Positions 47,453 to 57,053 of a stretch of DNA of 64,000 nucleotides are shown piece after piece. How positions within the stretch are numbered: the stretch's first letter is position 1; each line of letters starts with the position of its first letter. This DNA comes from a virus. The notes under the pieces were generated by a model. That model was not told the origin of the DNA and ran no database searches. It saw nothing but the letters and a program-made list of their open reading frames with translations. The DNA lies in IMG/VR virus record IMGVR_UViG_3300031977_002862, positions 27,845-91,844 of that record; one strand, written 5' to 3'. Both the position numbers and the translations under genes were made by a program.

Positions 47453-47812
47453 CTATTTTGGTCGTTTCCAGTATTCATTCAATGCTGAGTTATCTGTTAG
47501 GTAGTAGTTTTCTGCTGGTTCTTTTTTATCTAAGAGTTCGTCTTCTAGCTTAAAAAGAAGACAACACATAGCATGAGCAAGGTGAGATAATCCTGTCTCT
47601 TCATCATTTTTCTCGCCCGCCATATGAGCAAGAATATGTCTCATCGCAGCACTTGTGTATCGTTCTTGAAGATTTTCAAGTTTTCTCCAGTTATGGGGGT
47701 CATACTTTTCCGCTCCATAGGTAAGAACTTTTCCCACTTCTAAAGTTGCCAGAGGAGGCAGAAGATACATATCTGGTTTTTCTTTATCAAATTTTAAACC
47801 AACTTTAGACAT
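47453..47812 (-). CDS. dATP/dGTP diphosphohydrolase-like (DUF5664) protein
   Basis: KFDKEKP..LLP, VLTYGAEKY..NW, AAMRH, DEETGLSHLAHA. Confidence 0.75.
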   Translation of the reverse strand: MSKVGLKFDKEKPDMYLLPPLATLEVGKVLTYGAEKYDPHNWRKLENLQERYTSAAMRHILAHMAGEKNDEETGLSHLAHAMCCLLFKLEDELLDKKEPAENYYLTDNSALNEYWKRPK

Positions 47813-47985
47813 CCCAACTTATTCCTAATTCTATTGCATCCTGTGCACACTGCACGTATTCTCGATCTTCTTCGCTGAGTACCGACCAGAACTTACTAAT
47901 ACTTAATGTAAGAGCATAAACCTGAGAAGGGTTTTCCAAATGAAAATCTTTCTCCATCCAAGACTGAAGAGTATCCATTCTAAAA

Positions 47986-48417
47986 TCAATCCTCTCTCTG
48001 AGACTCAAGCCACTCTTCTGCTGTTGTTCCTTCACTTTCTGTAGTTGCCTCTCTATAATAAATGATGAGTTCTTTTTGTTGGCGCACGTACCGGCGCACC
48101 TCTTGAAAGTTCTCTGCCATCTTCTCATACCCATCAGGAGTAAGTGCGAACACGACAAACTGACCATCGAGCATCTTCTCGATAATCTTTATCTGCTCTG
48201 CTAGATTTTCCTCTGTAATTACAAAGAAGTTGACATCTAATAAGTCAATCTCCTGTGGAAGAGGGGGCTGATAGATTCTTAGAGGAACTTTCTCAGTTAC
48301 TGTTATTATCTGTGGTTCCGGTTGTACCATCTCCCTCTCGGGAAACTTCGGAAGCCACTGACAGCCACTAACTACTGATAACCCCACCGCAAGTTGGAGC
48401 GGTCGTAGCATTGACAT
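47986..48417 (-). CDS. Putative o-spanin lipoprotein
   Basis: Lipobox VVSG-C; Pro-rich region; downstream of the i-spanin. Confidence 0.65.
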   Translation of the reverse strand: MSMLRPLQLAVGLSVVSGCQWLPKFPEREMVQPEPQIITVTEKVPLRIYQPPLPQEIDLLDVNFFVITEENLAEQIKIIEKMLDGQFVVFALTPDGYEKMAENFQEVRRYVRQQKELIIYYREATTESEGTTAEEWLESQRED

Positions 48418-48560
48418 ATTTGTTTACTCCCAAATTTTTCACACACCATTACTTTCTCTCCACAAGGAGTAGAATAACTAAGAGGGCTGATTTGTTTCAC
48501 TGCTGCGCATCCCTGTATCGTCAGGAGTGTCGTCAGCAGCCATAAGTTCTTTCGTGTCAT
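48372..48560 (-). CDS. Small Cys-rich lipoprotein overlapping the spanin genes
   Basis: Lipobox IQG-C and four further Cys. Confidence 0.5.
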   Translation of the reverse strand: MTRKNLWLLTTLLTIQGCAAVKQISPLSYSTPCGEKVMVCEKFGSKQICQCYDRSNLRWGYQ

Positions 48561-48936
48561 TTTCCAGGTCTCTAAACACTTTAGCAGTGCCTTTATTTAT
48601 GCGTGTTTCAATCATCCCTGGTCTTGCACGCGCTAGTCTTGTAAGATTATGGTCCTTAAAAATCTTTAAATAGTTTTGTTTCTCTTTGTTCAGTGCGTTG
48701 TTCGCTTCTGTCAGCTTTGACATCGCAGCTTCAGATTTCTTTGCATTTTCTTCCGCTGCTTTTAGTGACTCTTCCGCAGTCTTTACAGCTTGCTCCATCT
48801 GAATCTGATTCTCTTTCAAAGTGCGATTGTTACTTTCAAGTTGAACAACCGTACTCTCAAGCTTTGAGACAGTAGCTACGTGATATGCGTAGCCACCGCC
48901 TGCAGCCATTAAAAAGACTAAGATAAGCCAAGGCAT
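48478..48936 (-). CDS. Putative i-spanin
   Basis: N-terminal TM helix and coiled coil, directly after the endolysin. Confidence 0.7.
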   Translation of the reverse strand: MPWLILVFLMAAGGGYAYHVATVSKLESTVVQLESNNRTLKENQIQMEQAVKTAEESLKAAEENAKKSEAAMSKLTEANNALNKEKQNYLKIFKDHNLTRLARARPGMIETRINKGTAKVFRDLENDTKELMAADDTPDDTGMRSSETNQPS

Positions 48937-49379
48937 TACATAGACTCTAAACGCACCATGAGCCTTTCTGCTCGGTTCGTTACTTGCTTATGCCAGCGAG
49001 AGTCCCGTCCTTCGACGGCAGCCTTCGCCCAGTCATGCTCACACAGTGCAGCATTGAACTTCTTAAATTGAGACAAACGAGGACGTCCCATGTTGAACAT
49101 CATGTTTACCACAACTTCTTGAACTTCTCCAGGAAAGTCGTGCCATGCTGCCTCATAAAGGACTTCACACTCGTCAATCGCAATATCAAGATCGCGTTCA
49201 AATGCTTCCCAAACTCGCTCTTCTGATACTTCAGTACCAACTTCCCAGCCATACTCTGGATCGTTTTCAACAACCAGATGACCAACACCGAAAGTATCAT
49301 ACCCAAGATGGTCTTTATATATTTTATACTCGACACCTTCGTCCACCTTCAATGTTTCAAAAACTGATTCTCTATTCAT
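48936..49379 (-). CDS. Endolysin (T4-lysozyme-like, GH24)
   Basis: DEG....Y.D..G..T.GVGHL, NMMFNMG, SRWHKQV.NRA. Confidence 0.9.
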   Translation of the reverse strand: MNRESVFETLKVDEGVEYKIYKDHLGYDTFGVGHLVVENDPEYGWEVGTEVSEERVWEAFERDLDIAIDECEVLYEAAWHDFPGEVQEVVVNMMFNMGRPRLSQFKKFNAALCEHDWAKAAVEGRDSRWHKQVTNRAERLMVRLESM

Positions 49380-49588
49380 GCTACTTTCCACTCTATAATG
49401 GTAGACTTGTCTATGTCTTCCCATTCCTTGGCTATTGGATTATAGCCTACGATTTTATCGGATTGTGGGTTTTGAGGAACTTTAAAACACGTATTCAAAG
49501 TGAATGTTTTTGTTATCTCTTGCCCACTAGTTAAACTTTTAAATGTAATATCAACTTTACCCTTTCGTAAAGCTTCAATTAGGCTCAT
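49376..49588 (-). CDS. Hypothetical SH3-like protein
   Basis: G.VDITFKS...TL pattern. Confidence 0.5.
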   Translation of the reverse strand: MSLIEALRKGKVDITFKSLTSGQEITKTFTLNTCFKVPQNPQSDKIVGYNPIAKEWEDIDKSTIIEWKVA

Positions 49589-49917
49589 AAATCCTCTTCT
49601 TTCACAAAGATGCCGTCAATCATCTTTCCTTTTCGATCTTTAATATCAACCCACGCAACTTCAAGGCAATCGGTCATATGAAGCTCATTGCGTTCCATAA
49701 TGTTTATCATGACTACAAGCATATCGCCGAGGTCGTCACGAATATCTTTGCCCTTACAAACACTGTCAGAGAGCTCTCCAAGTTCTTGCATTAGTTTCAA
49801 TACTTGGTCTTTGTCAGTGCTTCCTTCAATGAGATTTCTTTCTCGATGCCAAGTTTTAATTCTTGACACCATTACATCCGTAATACCTCTTGCCTCTCCG
49901 TTCCACTTATCGTTCAT
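49585..49917 (-). CDS. MazG-like nucleotide pyrophosphohydrolase
   Basis: KLMQELGEL, DDLGDMLVV, IKDRKG...G.FVKE. Confidence 0.8.
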   Translation of the reverse strand: MNDKWNGEARGITDVMVSRIKTWHRERNLIEGSTDKDQVLKLMQELGELSDSVCKGKDIRDDLGDMLVVMINIMERNELHMTDCLEVAWVDIKDRKGKMIDGIFVKEEDL

Positions 49918-50041
49918 ATATAAGATCCATAGTAAGGGTTATTAAATAGTTCATACTTTATAACATACGTATAGCTGTAGTAACTTAATAGTGCAATCCC
50001 GCCCAAAACAGCTATAGCGACTCCACTATATTTAATTCGTT

Positions 50042-50668
50042 TCATTCGTCTCCCCAAACGTCTCCCCCGTTTTCAACGAGGATTCTCTTGCACTCAAGTG
50101 CAATCTCTTGATGTTCTTTCTGAGTTCCGTTTCCACCGCGTAATTCTACAAAGTGCATCCACGATCTCAGAGTCCCTGTCATATACAGTCGAGATTGAAT
50201 TAGGCCTTCCGGTAATAACGCTCTCGCCTGTTCTTTTGCAATTCCTCTCGATATTGCCCACTTATAATGAGTTTCTGCTGCCCAACGTACATTACTCTGT
50301 CGACGTTCCCACTCTTGCTGTAAACTTTCGTCGTCAGTTTCAATACTATTCTGACGATTCTTTGTATCTTGAAGACGAGCTTCACGAGTTTCAAACTCTA
50401 AATCCTGTGTGGGATCTGCATATCTTTGACTAAACTCTTGAAAAGAAAAAGAGCGGTGTCGAAGAATTTGTCGAGCAATATCTCTCGTTGTAGTAATCTC
50501 CATACAGGCTGAAGCCATCTCGAAAGGACTGAAATGGCCTTCTTTTTTCAAATACTTAAGTAGCTTGGGTGCAGTTTTTGAATTGTTCTGGTTGGAGGGA
50601 TTACTAACACGAGCACAATAAGCGATAACATCCATCGCATTTGGTGTTATCCAAACTAAGTTAATCAT
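50042..50668 (-). CDS. thyX: Flavin-dependent thymidylate synthase
   Basis: RHRSFSFQEFSQRY signature; HFSPFE; TQKEH. Confidence 0.96.
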   Translation of the reverse strand: MINLVWITPNAMDVIAYCARVSNPSNQNNSKTAPKLLKYLKKEGHFSPFEMASACMEITTTRDIARQILRHRSFSFQEFSQRYADPTQDLEFETREARLQDTKNRQNSIETDDESLQQEWERRQSNVRWAAETHYKWAISRGIAKEQARALLPEGLIQSRLYMTGTLRSWMHFVELRGGNGTQKEHQEIALECKRILVENGGDVWGDE

Positions 50669-50693
50669 TGTTTTCTCCAGTGTTTAAGTGCAT

Positions 50694-50789
50694 ATTATAT
50701 AATAAGTAAGATTTCATGTCAAGAATTATTTAGCCGATGGTAGTTGGGCAAAAAAAGTATTTGACATAAAAGGTCAAAGCTTGTATAAT
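50694..50789. promoter_or_regulatory. Divergent pair of sigma70 promoters
   Basis: TTGACA-17-TATAAT on the minus strand (to thyX) and the plus strand (to hsp20). Confidence 0.85.
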
Positions 50790-50898
50790 ATCCCCTGAAT
50801 TGAGTGTCGGTATATCCGCGCTTAATTCAATTCCGTATAAACGAATGTTAGTGCTTCCGAAAGGGGCAAGTTATTCTTTCTTAAAAGGAGAAGAACCT

Positions 50899-51288
50899 AT
50901 GAATGCTATTAATTTAGATAAATTTTTTGTCGGTTTCGACAATTTTGCTAGTAACCCGTTGTATACCCAACAGGCTCCAGAGTATCCTCGTTACAACATT
51001 GAAAAAGTTAAGGACGGCTATGAAGTGCAAGTGGCCGTTCCAGGTTGGAAAAAAGAACAAGTATCAGTGAACGTTCACAAAAACATTCTCTCTATTAAAG
51101 GAGAGAAGAAGGAATGTAACGAAGGTAGGAATTGGGTCCATAAAGGTATCAGTGGTAAGAGTTTCGAAAAGCACTTAAAGCTGGATAACAGTTTAGAAGT
51201 GACCGAAGCCACCATGGAACACGGAATGTTAGTTATCTGTTTAACGTATTCGCCCTCTAGTAAGCCCACATCAATACCTATTGGGTAA
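50899..51288 (+). CDS. Small heat shock protein (Hsp20/IbpA family)
   Basis: FFVGFD, YPRYNI, HKGIS..SF, GML motifs; AAGGAG RBS. Confidence 0.9.
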   Translation: MNAINLDKFFVGFDNFASNPLYTQQAPEYPRYNIEKVKDGYEVQVAVPGWKKEQVSVNVHKNILSIKGEKKECNEGRNWVHKGISGKSFEKHLKLDNSLEVTEATMEHGMLVICLTYSPSSKPTSIPIG

Positions 51289-51302
51289 TTATTGGAGATT
51301 CA

Positions 51303-51413
51303 ATGAAGAACTTCGTTAATAAAAGGTGGGACATATTAGAGGCTGCTATGCAGATTAGTTTGGTGCTTTTTACACCGATCGCATTTGCAGCTCTAAGTTA
51401 CGTCTCAGCTTAG
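51303..51413 (+). CDS. 36-aa membrane peptide
   Basis: GGAG RBS; MKNFVNKRWDILEAAMQISLVLFTPIAFAALSYVSA. Confidence 0.5.
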   Translation: MKNFVNKRWDILEAAMQISLVLFTPIAFAALSYVSA

Positions 51414-51420
51414 TCACGGG

Positions 51421-51450
51421 AGCCGGGCCTTCGGGTCCGGCTTTTTATTT
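51421..51450 (+). terminator. Rho-independent terminator
   Basis: AGCCGGGCC-TTCG-GGTCCGGCT followed by a T run. Confidence 0.85.
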
Positions 51451-51451
51451 T

Positions 51452-52087
51452 ATGACAGTAAAAATACCTTTAAAATATCGAAACAAGCCGGCTATTCTTT
51501 TCGCTACAGGACCGACAATGCTAGAAGCCGTTCCTATAGTAGAAGAGTATAAGGATGATTACATTATCTTTGGGTGTAATGATTCTTATAAAGTAATTCC
51601 TTGGTTAGACGAACACTACGCTTGCGATGATCGTTGGTGGAGATTTAATGGGCCTGATTTTCGTAAAAGGTGTCCTAATCTGTCTTCTTGGACTCAATCG
51701 AAAGAAGGGGCAAAAAGTTGGAACATTCAATTAGTTCAAGGATACCATAGAGACCTTATGAGTATAGATTCTTCCTATATTCACTTCGGGTCTAATTCTG
51801 GGTTTCAAATGCTAAATATAGCTTTTTTAATGGGCTGTTCCAAGTTTATTTTGGTTGGCTATGATATGCAGCATATAAATAAAAAAACGCATTTTTTTGG
51901 TGACCATCCAGGAGGCATGTCCAACAGCAGTCCCTATGGAAAATTTATAAATTATTATTCTAAAATACAGCCTGAGATTAGAGAATTGATTGTTAATTGT
52001 AGTCCTAATTCTGCTTTAACGGTTTTTAGAAAAAATACATTGAGAGAAGAGCTTGAGAATAATAAGTCTTTCAAAACAAATTCTTAA
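51452..52087 (+). CDS. Maf/DUF115-like putative glycosyltransferase
   Basis: ATGPT, GCND, NSGFQMLNIA..MG...ILVGYDM, HFF. Confidence 0.65.
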   Translation: MTVKIPLKYRNKPAILFATGPTMLEAVPIVEEYKDDYIIFGCNDSYKVIPWLDEHYACDDRWWRFNGPDFRKRCPNLSSWTQSKEGAKSWNIQLVQGYHRDLMSIDSSYIHFGSNSGFQMLNIAFLMGCSKFILVGYDMQHINKKTHFFGDHPGGMSNSSPYGKFINYYSKIQPEIRELIVNCSPNSALTVFRKNTLREELENNKSFKTNS

Positions 52088-52715
52088 TAAAGAGCTCGAT
52101 CAAGTAGTGGCCTCGAAGGTATATAGAAGCTTAAATAATCCTGTAACAAATTTAATTTCTGGGTTGTATCTTCGAAAAAAAGCGGGAAGAGTTTTTCTAG
52201 GGTTAAAAGAGCATTCAGAAGAAAAAATAGAAGAATTCTTTAGTTTAATAAAAGATCAAAAGTATTTACTGTCTTTACCGGAGAACTCTCTTGGAAGACA
52301 TATATACAACCATGGAGGCTATGAAACTTTCAAAGAGTTTTATACAAATAAAGAAGTGTATTTCTATACTGGAAAAAATAAAAAACTTCTTTTTTATATT
52401 AATAATTTTATGAATCATGTAAAGATTTCACACGATTATTGGCATATAATGTTCGGCTACGGAAGAAGTTATGTTGATGAAGGGTGTATACAGGCCATAA
52501 CCTTTAGTGCTTTAAAATCTTTTGGGCCTCTATATATTTGTTTACTAATATGTATATCAGATATGCTCGAAACCAAAAATTTAGTTGGAACTAAAAGAAT
52601 ATATAAAGCATATAAAAGGGCTCAGAAAACTAAAAGGGAATTCTTTTTTAAAAAGTTCGATAACTTATTGGAAGAAGATATTAATGAAATAAGGAAAAGG
52701 TACGGCATAGTATGA
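52053..52715 (+). CDS. Coq4-like protein
   Basis: L.LPENSLG..., HDYWH..FGY....DEG. Confidence 0.6.
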   Translation: MRIISLSKQILNKELDQVVASKVYRSLNNPVTNLISGLYLRKKAGRVFLGLKEHSEEKIEEFFSLIKDQKYLLSLPENSLGRHIYNHGGYETFKEFYTNKEVYFYTGKNKKLLFYINNFMNHVKISHDYWHIMFGYGRSYVDEGCIQAITFSALKSFGPLYICLLICISDMLETKNLVGTKRIYKAYKRAQKTKREFFFKKFDNLLEEDINEIRKRYGIV

Positions 52716-53350
52716 TAAAAATATTTGTAGGTACTTCTGCAAATGGAGAAGATGATATTGCGGAAAAAACTCTTAAATATTCTTTAGAAAAGCATTCTTC
52801 AGAAGAATTAGAAATTGTTTTTATGCGAAACAGAAAAGACGGCTTTATGGGTCTTTTTGACTCTTCTGGCTGGGCTACGCCTTTTACTAATCTTCGTTGG
52901 GTAATTCCAGAGTATTGCAATTTTTCTGGAAGAGCTATTTATATGGATGTAGATCAATTAAACTTACGAGATATTTCCGAACTCTACAATATAGATTTAC
53001 AAGATAAACCCTTTGCTTCTAGGGATAATCGTCTTTGTGTGATGGTAATGGACTGCGAAAAAATGCAGACGGAGTTGAAATCTGCACAACATATAAAACA
53101 AACTCCTACATACGGTAGAGAAATTTATTGGAACATAGTTAAAAAAAGTAAACATTTTGATCCTAGATGGAATTGTTTAGATGGAGAAGATAGAGAGATA
53201 AATGATATCTGGCATCTTCATTTCACCACTATGCCTACACAGCCTTGGAAACCTTCTTGGTATAGAGGAGCTCACAGAGAACACCCAAGACAGGATTTAG
53301 TTAATTTATGGAAGCAGTATAGTTTGGAGGCTATAAATGGCACTAATTAG
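52712..53350 (+). CDS. GT-A (GT8-like) glycosyltransferase
   Basis: IFVG, TPF...RW.IP, AIYMDVD, WNCLD, LHFT. Confidence 0.8.
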   Translation: MIKIFVGTSANGEDDIAEKTLKYSLEKHSSEELEIVFMRNRKDGFMGLFDSSGWATPFTNLRWVIPEYCNFSGRAIYMDVDQLNLRDISELYNIDLQDKPFASRDNRLCVMVMDCEKMQTELKSAQHIKQTPTYGREIYWNIVKKSKHFDPRWNCLDGEDREINDIWHLHFTTMPTQPWKPSWYRGAHREHPRQDLVNLWKQYSLEAINGTN

Positions 53351-53897
53351 TGAAAAATACTCTAACTTATTGAAAGAATACCATCAAGAAAGAGAAAGTT
53401 TTGGAGAGTCAAAGAATCCTGAGTCCTATTATTTATTATACTACATAAAGAAAATGTATTTAAATTCTTTTTTAGATTATGGGTGTGGGAAAGGCGGTTT
53501 AATTAAAGAATTAAAAGATTTATATCCTACTATGGAAGTAGAAGGCTATGATCCTGGAACGGTAGAATTTGAAAAACACCCAGAAAATCATTATGATTTT
53601 GTAAGTAGTATAGATGTACTAGAACACATAGAGCCAGAACATATAGACGAAGTGCTACTAGATATAAAAAATCTTTCTTTAAACTATATATACCTTCTAA
53701 TATGTCACTCACCAGCAAAAAAGAAATTACCAGATGGAAGAAATGCTCATATACTGCAAAAACCTTTGGATTGGTGGTTAAAGAAGTTAGAATTAACTAT
53801 GCCAGACTTCGGATTTGCGGAGGTTACACAAATCGTTTCAGATAGGGTAGATCTGCCACGTAAGATAGATAGTAGAATTTTACTAAAAAGAAAATGA
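53337..53897 (+). CDS. Class I SAM methyltransferase
   Basis: LDYGCGKG, GYDP, DVLEHIEP. Confidence 0.85.
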   Translation: MALISEKYSNLLKEYHQERESFGESKNPESYYLLYYIKKMYLNSFLDYGCGKGGLIKELKDLYPTMEVEGYDPGTVEFEKHPENHYDFVSSIDVLEHIEPEHIDEVLLDIKNLSLNYIYLLICHSPAKKKLPDGRNAHILQKPLDWWLKKLELTMPDFGFAEVTQIVSDRVDLPRKIDSRILLKRK

Positions 53898-54499
53898 ATA
53901 TAGCTATTATTGGACACGGCCCTAGTATGCTTTTAGAAAAAAGGGCAAGTTTTATAGATTCTTTTGATTTTGTTGTCAGACAAAAGAAAAGAGGAATAGA
54001 ACTAATGCAAGAGCACCCTGAATTTTTCGGAAACAAAACAAATGCAGTGTGCGGGTCTGTAGGCCAGTATAGAGCAATAAACTACCCTAATACTGAAAAG
54101 TGGGTATTCATAGATTCACGATATGAGAATGCAAATGTCTCTAATCTTGTAGGTGCCCGGGTAGATAAAGATCTTTGCAACAAGTGGAACCAAAAATTTA
54201 GAGAGAAAAGAACAGATTATTCTCCTCCAGACGAAAGGATCGTGTCCTCTAAAAGTTCTGATTCTTTTGGCCATAGGCATTTATCTTCAGGTTTTCACAC
54301 AATACTTTATGCGTGTAAACTGTTAAGTCCGAAAAGTATAACACTGTTTGGTTTTGACAGCCTACAAAACGGAGATTTTACTTGGTCATTAACAAGGGGC
54401 GAACAGTGGAAGCAGTACCCAGATCATAGATGGGACATAGAGTTTCTTATGATAGAAGAAGTAAAAAAACATTTCGGAATTAATATGGAGTTTAAATAA
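53894..54499 (+). CDS. Sialyltransferase-like (GT29/GT42-type fold) protein
   Basis: IIGHGPS...IDSFDFVVR, LSSGF, LFGFD, H.W..E. Confidence 0.65.
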   Translation: MNIAIIGHGPSMLLEKRASFIDSFDFVVRQKKRGIELMQEHPEFFGNKTNAVCGSVGQYRAINYPNTEKWVFIDSRYENANVSNLVGARVDKDLCNKWNQKFREKRTDYSPPDERIVSSKSSDSFGHRHLSSGFHTILYACKLLSPKSITLFGFDSLQNGDFTWSLTRGEQWKQYPDHRWDIEFLMIEEVKKHFGINMEFK

Positions 54500-55047
54500 T
54501 GAATAGATATACAGAGCTTACTACTTTGGTAAGAAATGAGAAACCAAAACATATTCTAGAGATAGGTACCTGGAACGGGAACAGGGCTATAGCTTTATGC
54601 AATATCAATAATTCTAGCTATACTGGATTTGATTTATTTGAGGAAGCTACGAAAGAAACTGATGAAGTAGAAAAAAATGTTAAAAAACATAACTCAAGAG
54701 ATTCAGTGCTGCGAAAAATAAGAGGTAATGGAATTGTTTGTGAATTAATACAAGGTAATACAAATATAACCTTACCCGAATACGTAAAAATTAATTCACC
54801 TAAGTTTGATTTTGCTTTTATAGATGGAGGGCACTCTGTAGAGACTATTGCCAATGACTGGAAGTATGTTAAAGAATTAATGCTACCCAATAGTTTAGTA
54901 GTTTTTGACGATTATTATGAAAATTGCTCAGATTTACATATTTGGGGAGCTAATAAGGTACTTGAAGGTTTGGACTATTCACTAGGAGAGTGTAGAGATC
55001 CTGTGGTTACAGGAGAATTTGTAAGGCTCGCTACAGTAAGGGTATGA
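54499..55047 (+). CDS. Class I SAM methyltransferase (Methyltransf_24-like)
   Basis: LEIGTWNG, GFDLF, FIDGGHS, VFDDY. Confidence 0.85.
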   Translation: MNRYTELTTLVRNEKPKHILEIGTWNGNRAIALCNINNSSYTGFDLFEEATKETDEVEKNVKKHNSRDSVLRKIRGNGIVCELIQGNTNITLPEYVKINSPKFDFAFIDGGHSVETIANDWKYVKELMLPNSLVVFDDYYENCSDLHIWGANKVLEGLDYSLGECRDPVVTGEFVRLATVRV

Positions 55048-55700
55048 GAGTTTTTATCGGGTATGACTCAAGGGAAGATATAGCATATAGAGTTGCTAAA
55101 GCTTCTATCTTAAAATATAACTCTTCTTTAGAGGTTCTGCCTATTATAAGAAAAGATTTAATAGAAGAAGGTATTTACTCTGTGGAAGACTCTTTAGGTT
55201 CTACAGAGTTCACAATTACAAGATTTCTAACTCCCTACTTGAGTAATTATACTGGAATATCTGTCTTTATGGATTGTGACGTATTAGTACAAACAGATTT
55301 GGAAGACATTTTAGTAGAGTGTGACTTATCATTACCAGTAAATTGTGTAAAACATGAGTACACACCTAAAACGGACTTAAAGATGGACAATAGAACACAG
55401 TATGTTTATCCTAGAAAAAATTGGTCTTCTGTTATGGTTTTTAATTGCGAGCATAAATTAATTAGGAAAAACCTTACTGTTGAGTCTGTGAATTCTTCTA
55501 CTCCAAAATATTTACATAGAATGGGATGGGCTGAAGAAAATATAGGAGAGCTACACCATACGTGGAACTATTTAGTGGGATATTATAGTGATATTGAAAA
55601 ACCTAATATACTTCACTACACTGATGGGGGACCTTGGTTTGAGAACTATAAAAACTGTGAATTTTCGGAAAACTGGAATAGTGAGTTAAAAAATGTATAA
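55044..55700 (+). CDS. GT-A (GT8-like) glycosyltransferase
   Basis: FIGYDSRE, STEFT.TRF, FMDCD, YPRKNWSS, HYTDGGPW. Confidence 0.85.
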   Translation: MRVFIGYDSREDIAYRVAKASILKYNSSLEVLPIIRKDLIEEGIYSVEDSLGSTEFTITRFLTPYLSNYTGISVFMDCDVLVQTDLEDILVECDLSLPVNCVKHEYTPKTDLKMDNRTQYVYPRKNWSSVMVFNCEHKLIRKNLTVESVNSSTPKYLHRMGWAEENIGELHHTWNYLVGYYSDIEKPNILHYTDGGPWFENYKNCEFSENWNSELKNV

Positions 55701-56415
55701 TGTATATACCACTTTTGCCCCAAAAGATTATCTTCTCTACGGAAAAAACTGTATAGAGACTTTTATAGAATATTGGCCAGAAGATATTAAACTGTACGTT
55801 TACTATGAAGGAAAGCCTGAATTAGAGAATGATAGGGTAGTTTGGTTGGATTTTAATACGGAATGTTCTGACCAATTAGTGTTTGCTGAATATGCAAAAA
55901 ACTATCCACAAGATAATTTTTATAAAGCGGCTACTAGATTCTCCTATAAAGCTTATACTATAATCAATCACCTAGAAAAAAGACTAAATAGATACAGCAT
56001 TTGGCTAGATGGCGATTGCATAGCAACTAAAAAAATACCTTTAGATTGGTTAAGTAAAGTTAAACGTGATAATTGTTGTGTTTCTACATTATTACGAAAA
56101 ACAAGAGCTGCAGAATCTGGATTTATCTTAGTAGATAATGAACATGAAGATTTTAATTTATTTTTACAAAAATACTCAGAATTTTATAGGGAGTATAAAC
56201 TTTTCAAGCTTCCTGAATGGCATGATGGGTATATACTAAGCCACGTAATAGGTGAGTTTAAGATAAAAACTTTTAACCTTACCCCTCCTAACAATACTAG
56301 ACAAGCAGAATACCATCCTTTTGTTCGGGGAATATTAGGAAAATATTTGGACCATTTAAAAGGCCCAAGAAAAAATATCGGTTTTTCTAAAGAAAGACAG
56401 GATGTTTGGAATTGA
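55693..56415 (+). CDS. Nucleotide-diphospho-sugar transferase
   Basis: RFSYK, IWLDGD (DxD), ESGF, EWHD, HLKG. Confidence 0.75.
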   Translation: MYNVYTTFAPKDYLLYGKNCIETFIEYWPEDIKLYVYYEGKPELENDRVVWLDFNTECSDQLVFAEYAKNYPQDNFYKAATRFSYKAYTIINHLEKRLNRYSIWLDGDCIATKKIPLDWLSKVKRDNCCVSTLLRKTRAAESGFILVDNEHEDFNLFLQKYSEFYREYKLFKLPEWHDGYILSHVIGEFKIKTFNLTPPNNTRQAEYHPFVRGILGKYLDHLKGPRKNIGFSKERQDVWN

Positions 56416-57053
56416 AAAATATAAAAGGTTGGTTTTTTCCGGATAACGAGAAACATTTTATAAAATTTGTGGACTTTTTTCCGGAAACTAGCTACCAACA
56501 AAATATCTTTTCTCACGCCTTATTTAAAACTAAAAACAAATCTTGTTTTGTTGATATTGGAGCTAATTTAGGGTTACACACAGTTAGAGCAGCTTCTTGC
56601 TTTGATTATGTTCATTCTTTTGAGCCTGCGAGAGTTAATTACGAAGCTTTATCCAAAAATTCCCAAAATTTTACAAATATAAAAACCTATAATGTAGGCT
56701 TGGGAGGGAAGGAGTCCCTAGGTTATTTAAAAATACCAAAAAATTCTAATAATCTGGGGAGTTTTTCTTTTAAAGATTTTAATAACATGAAAGAACACGA
56801 ACTCTCTATAGAGGAAGTAACTATTAAATCTTTAGATTCTTATAAATTGAGTCCAGATTTAATTAAAATAGACGCACAGGGGTTCGAGGTGCAAATACTG
56901 CAAGGGTCGATAGATACTATACGCAGACATTCTCCAGTTATACTGATTGAAATGCTGAAGTATAACTCAAAGAAGATCGAAAAATTACTTACCGAATATT
57001 CGTATGTACTAGATACAAAAATTAAAAAAGATGGAGTATGGATTAAAAAATGA
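56406..57053 (+). CDS. FkbM-family methyltransferase
   Basis: VDIGANLG, SFEP, IKIDAQGFE. Confidence 0.88.
   Translation: MELKNIKGWFFPDNEKHFIKFVDFFPETSYQQNIFSHALFKTKNKSCFVDIGANLGLHTVRAASCFDYVHSFEPARVNYEALSKNSQNFTNIKTYNVGLGGKESLGYLKIPKNSNNLGSFSFKDFNNMKEHELSIEEVTIKSLDSYKLSPDLIKIDAQGFEVQILQGSIDTIRRHSPVILIEMLKYNSKKIEKLLTEYSYVLDTKIKKDGVWIKK

Noticed and set aside
47453-47812. Z-base (diaminopurine) genome system
   Set aside because: No purZ or datZ is visible in this window; DUF5664 alone is insufficient.
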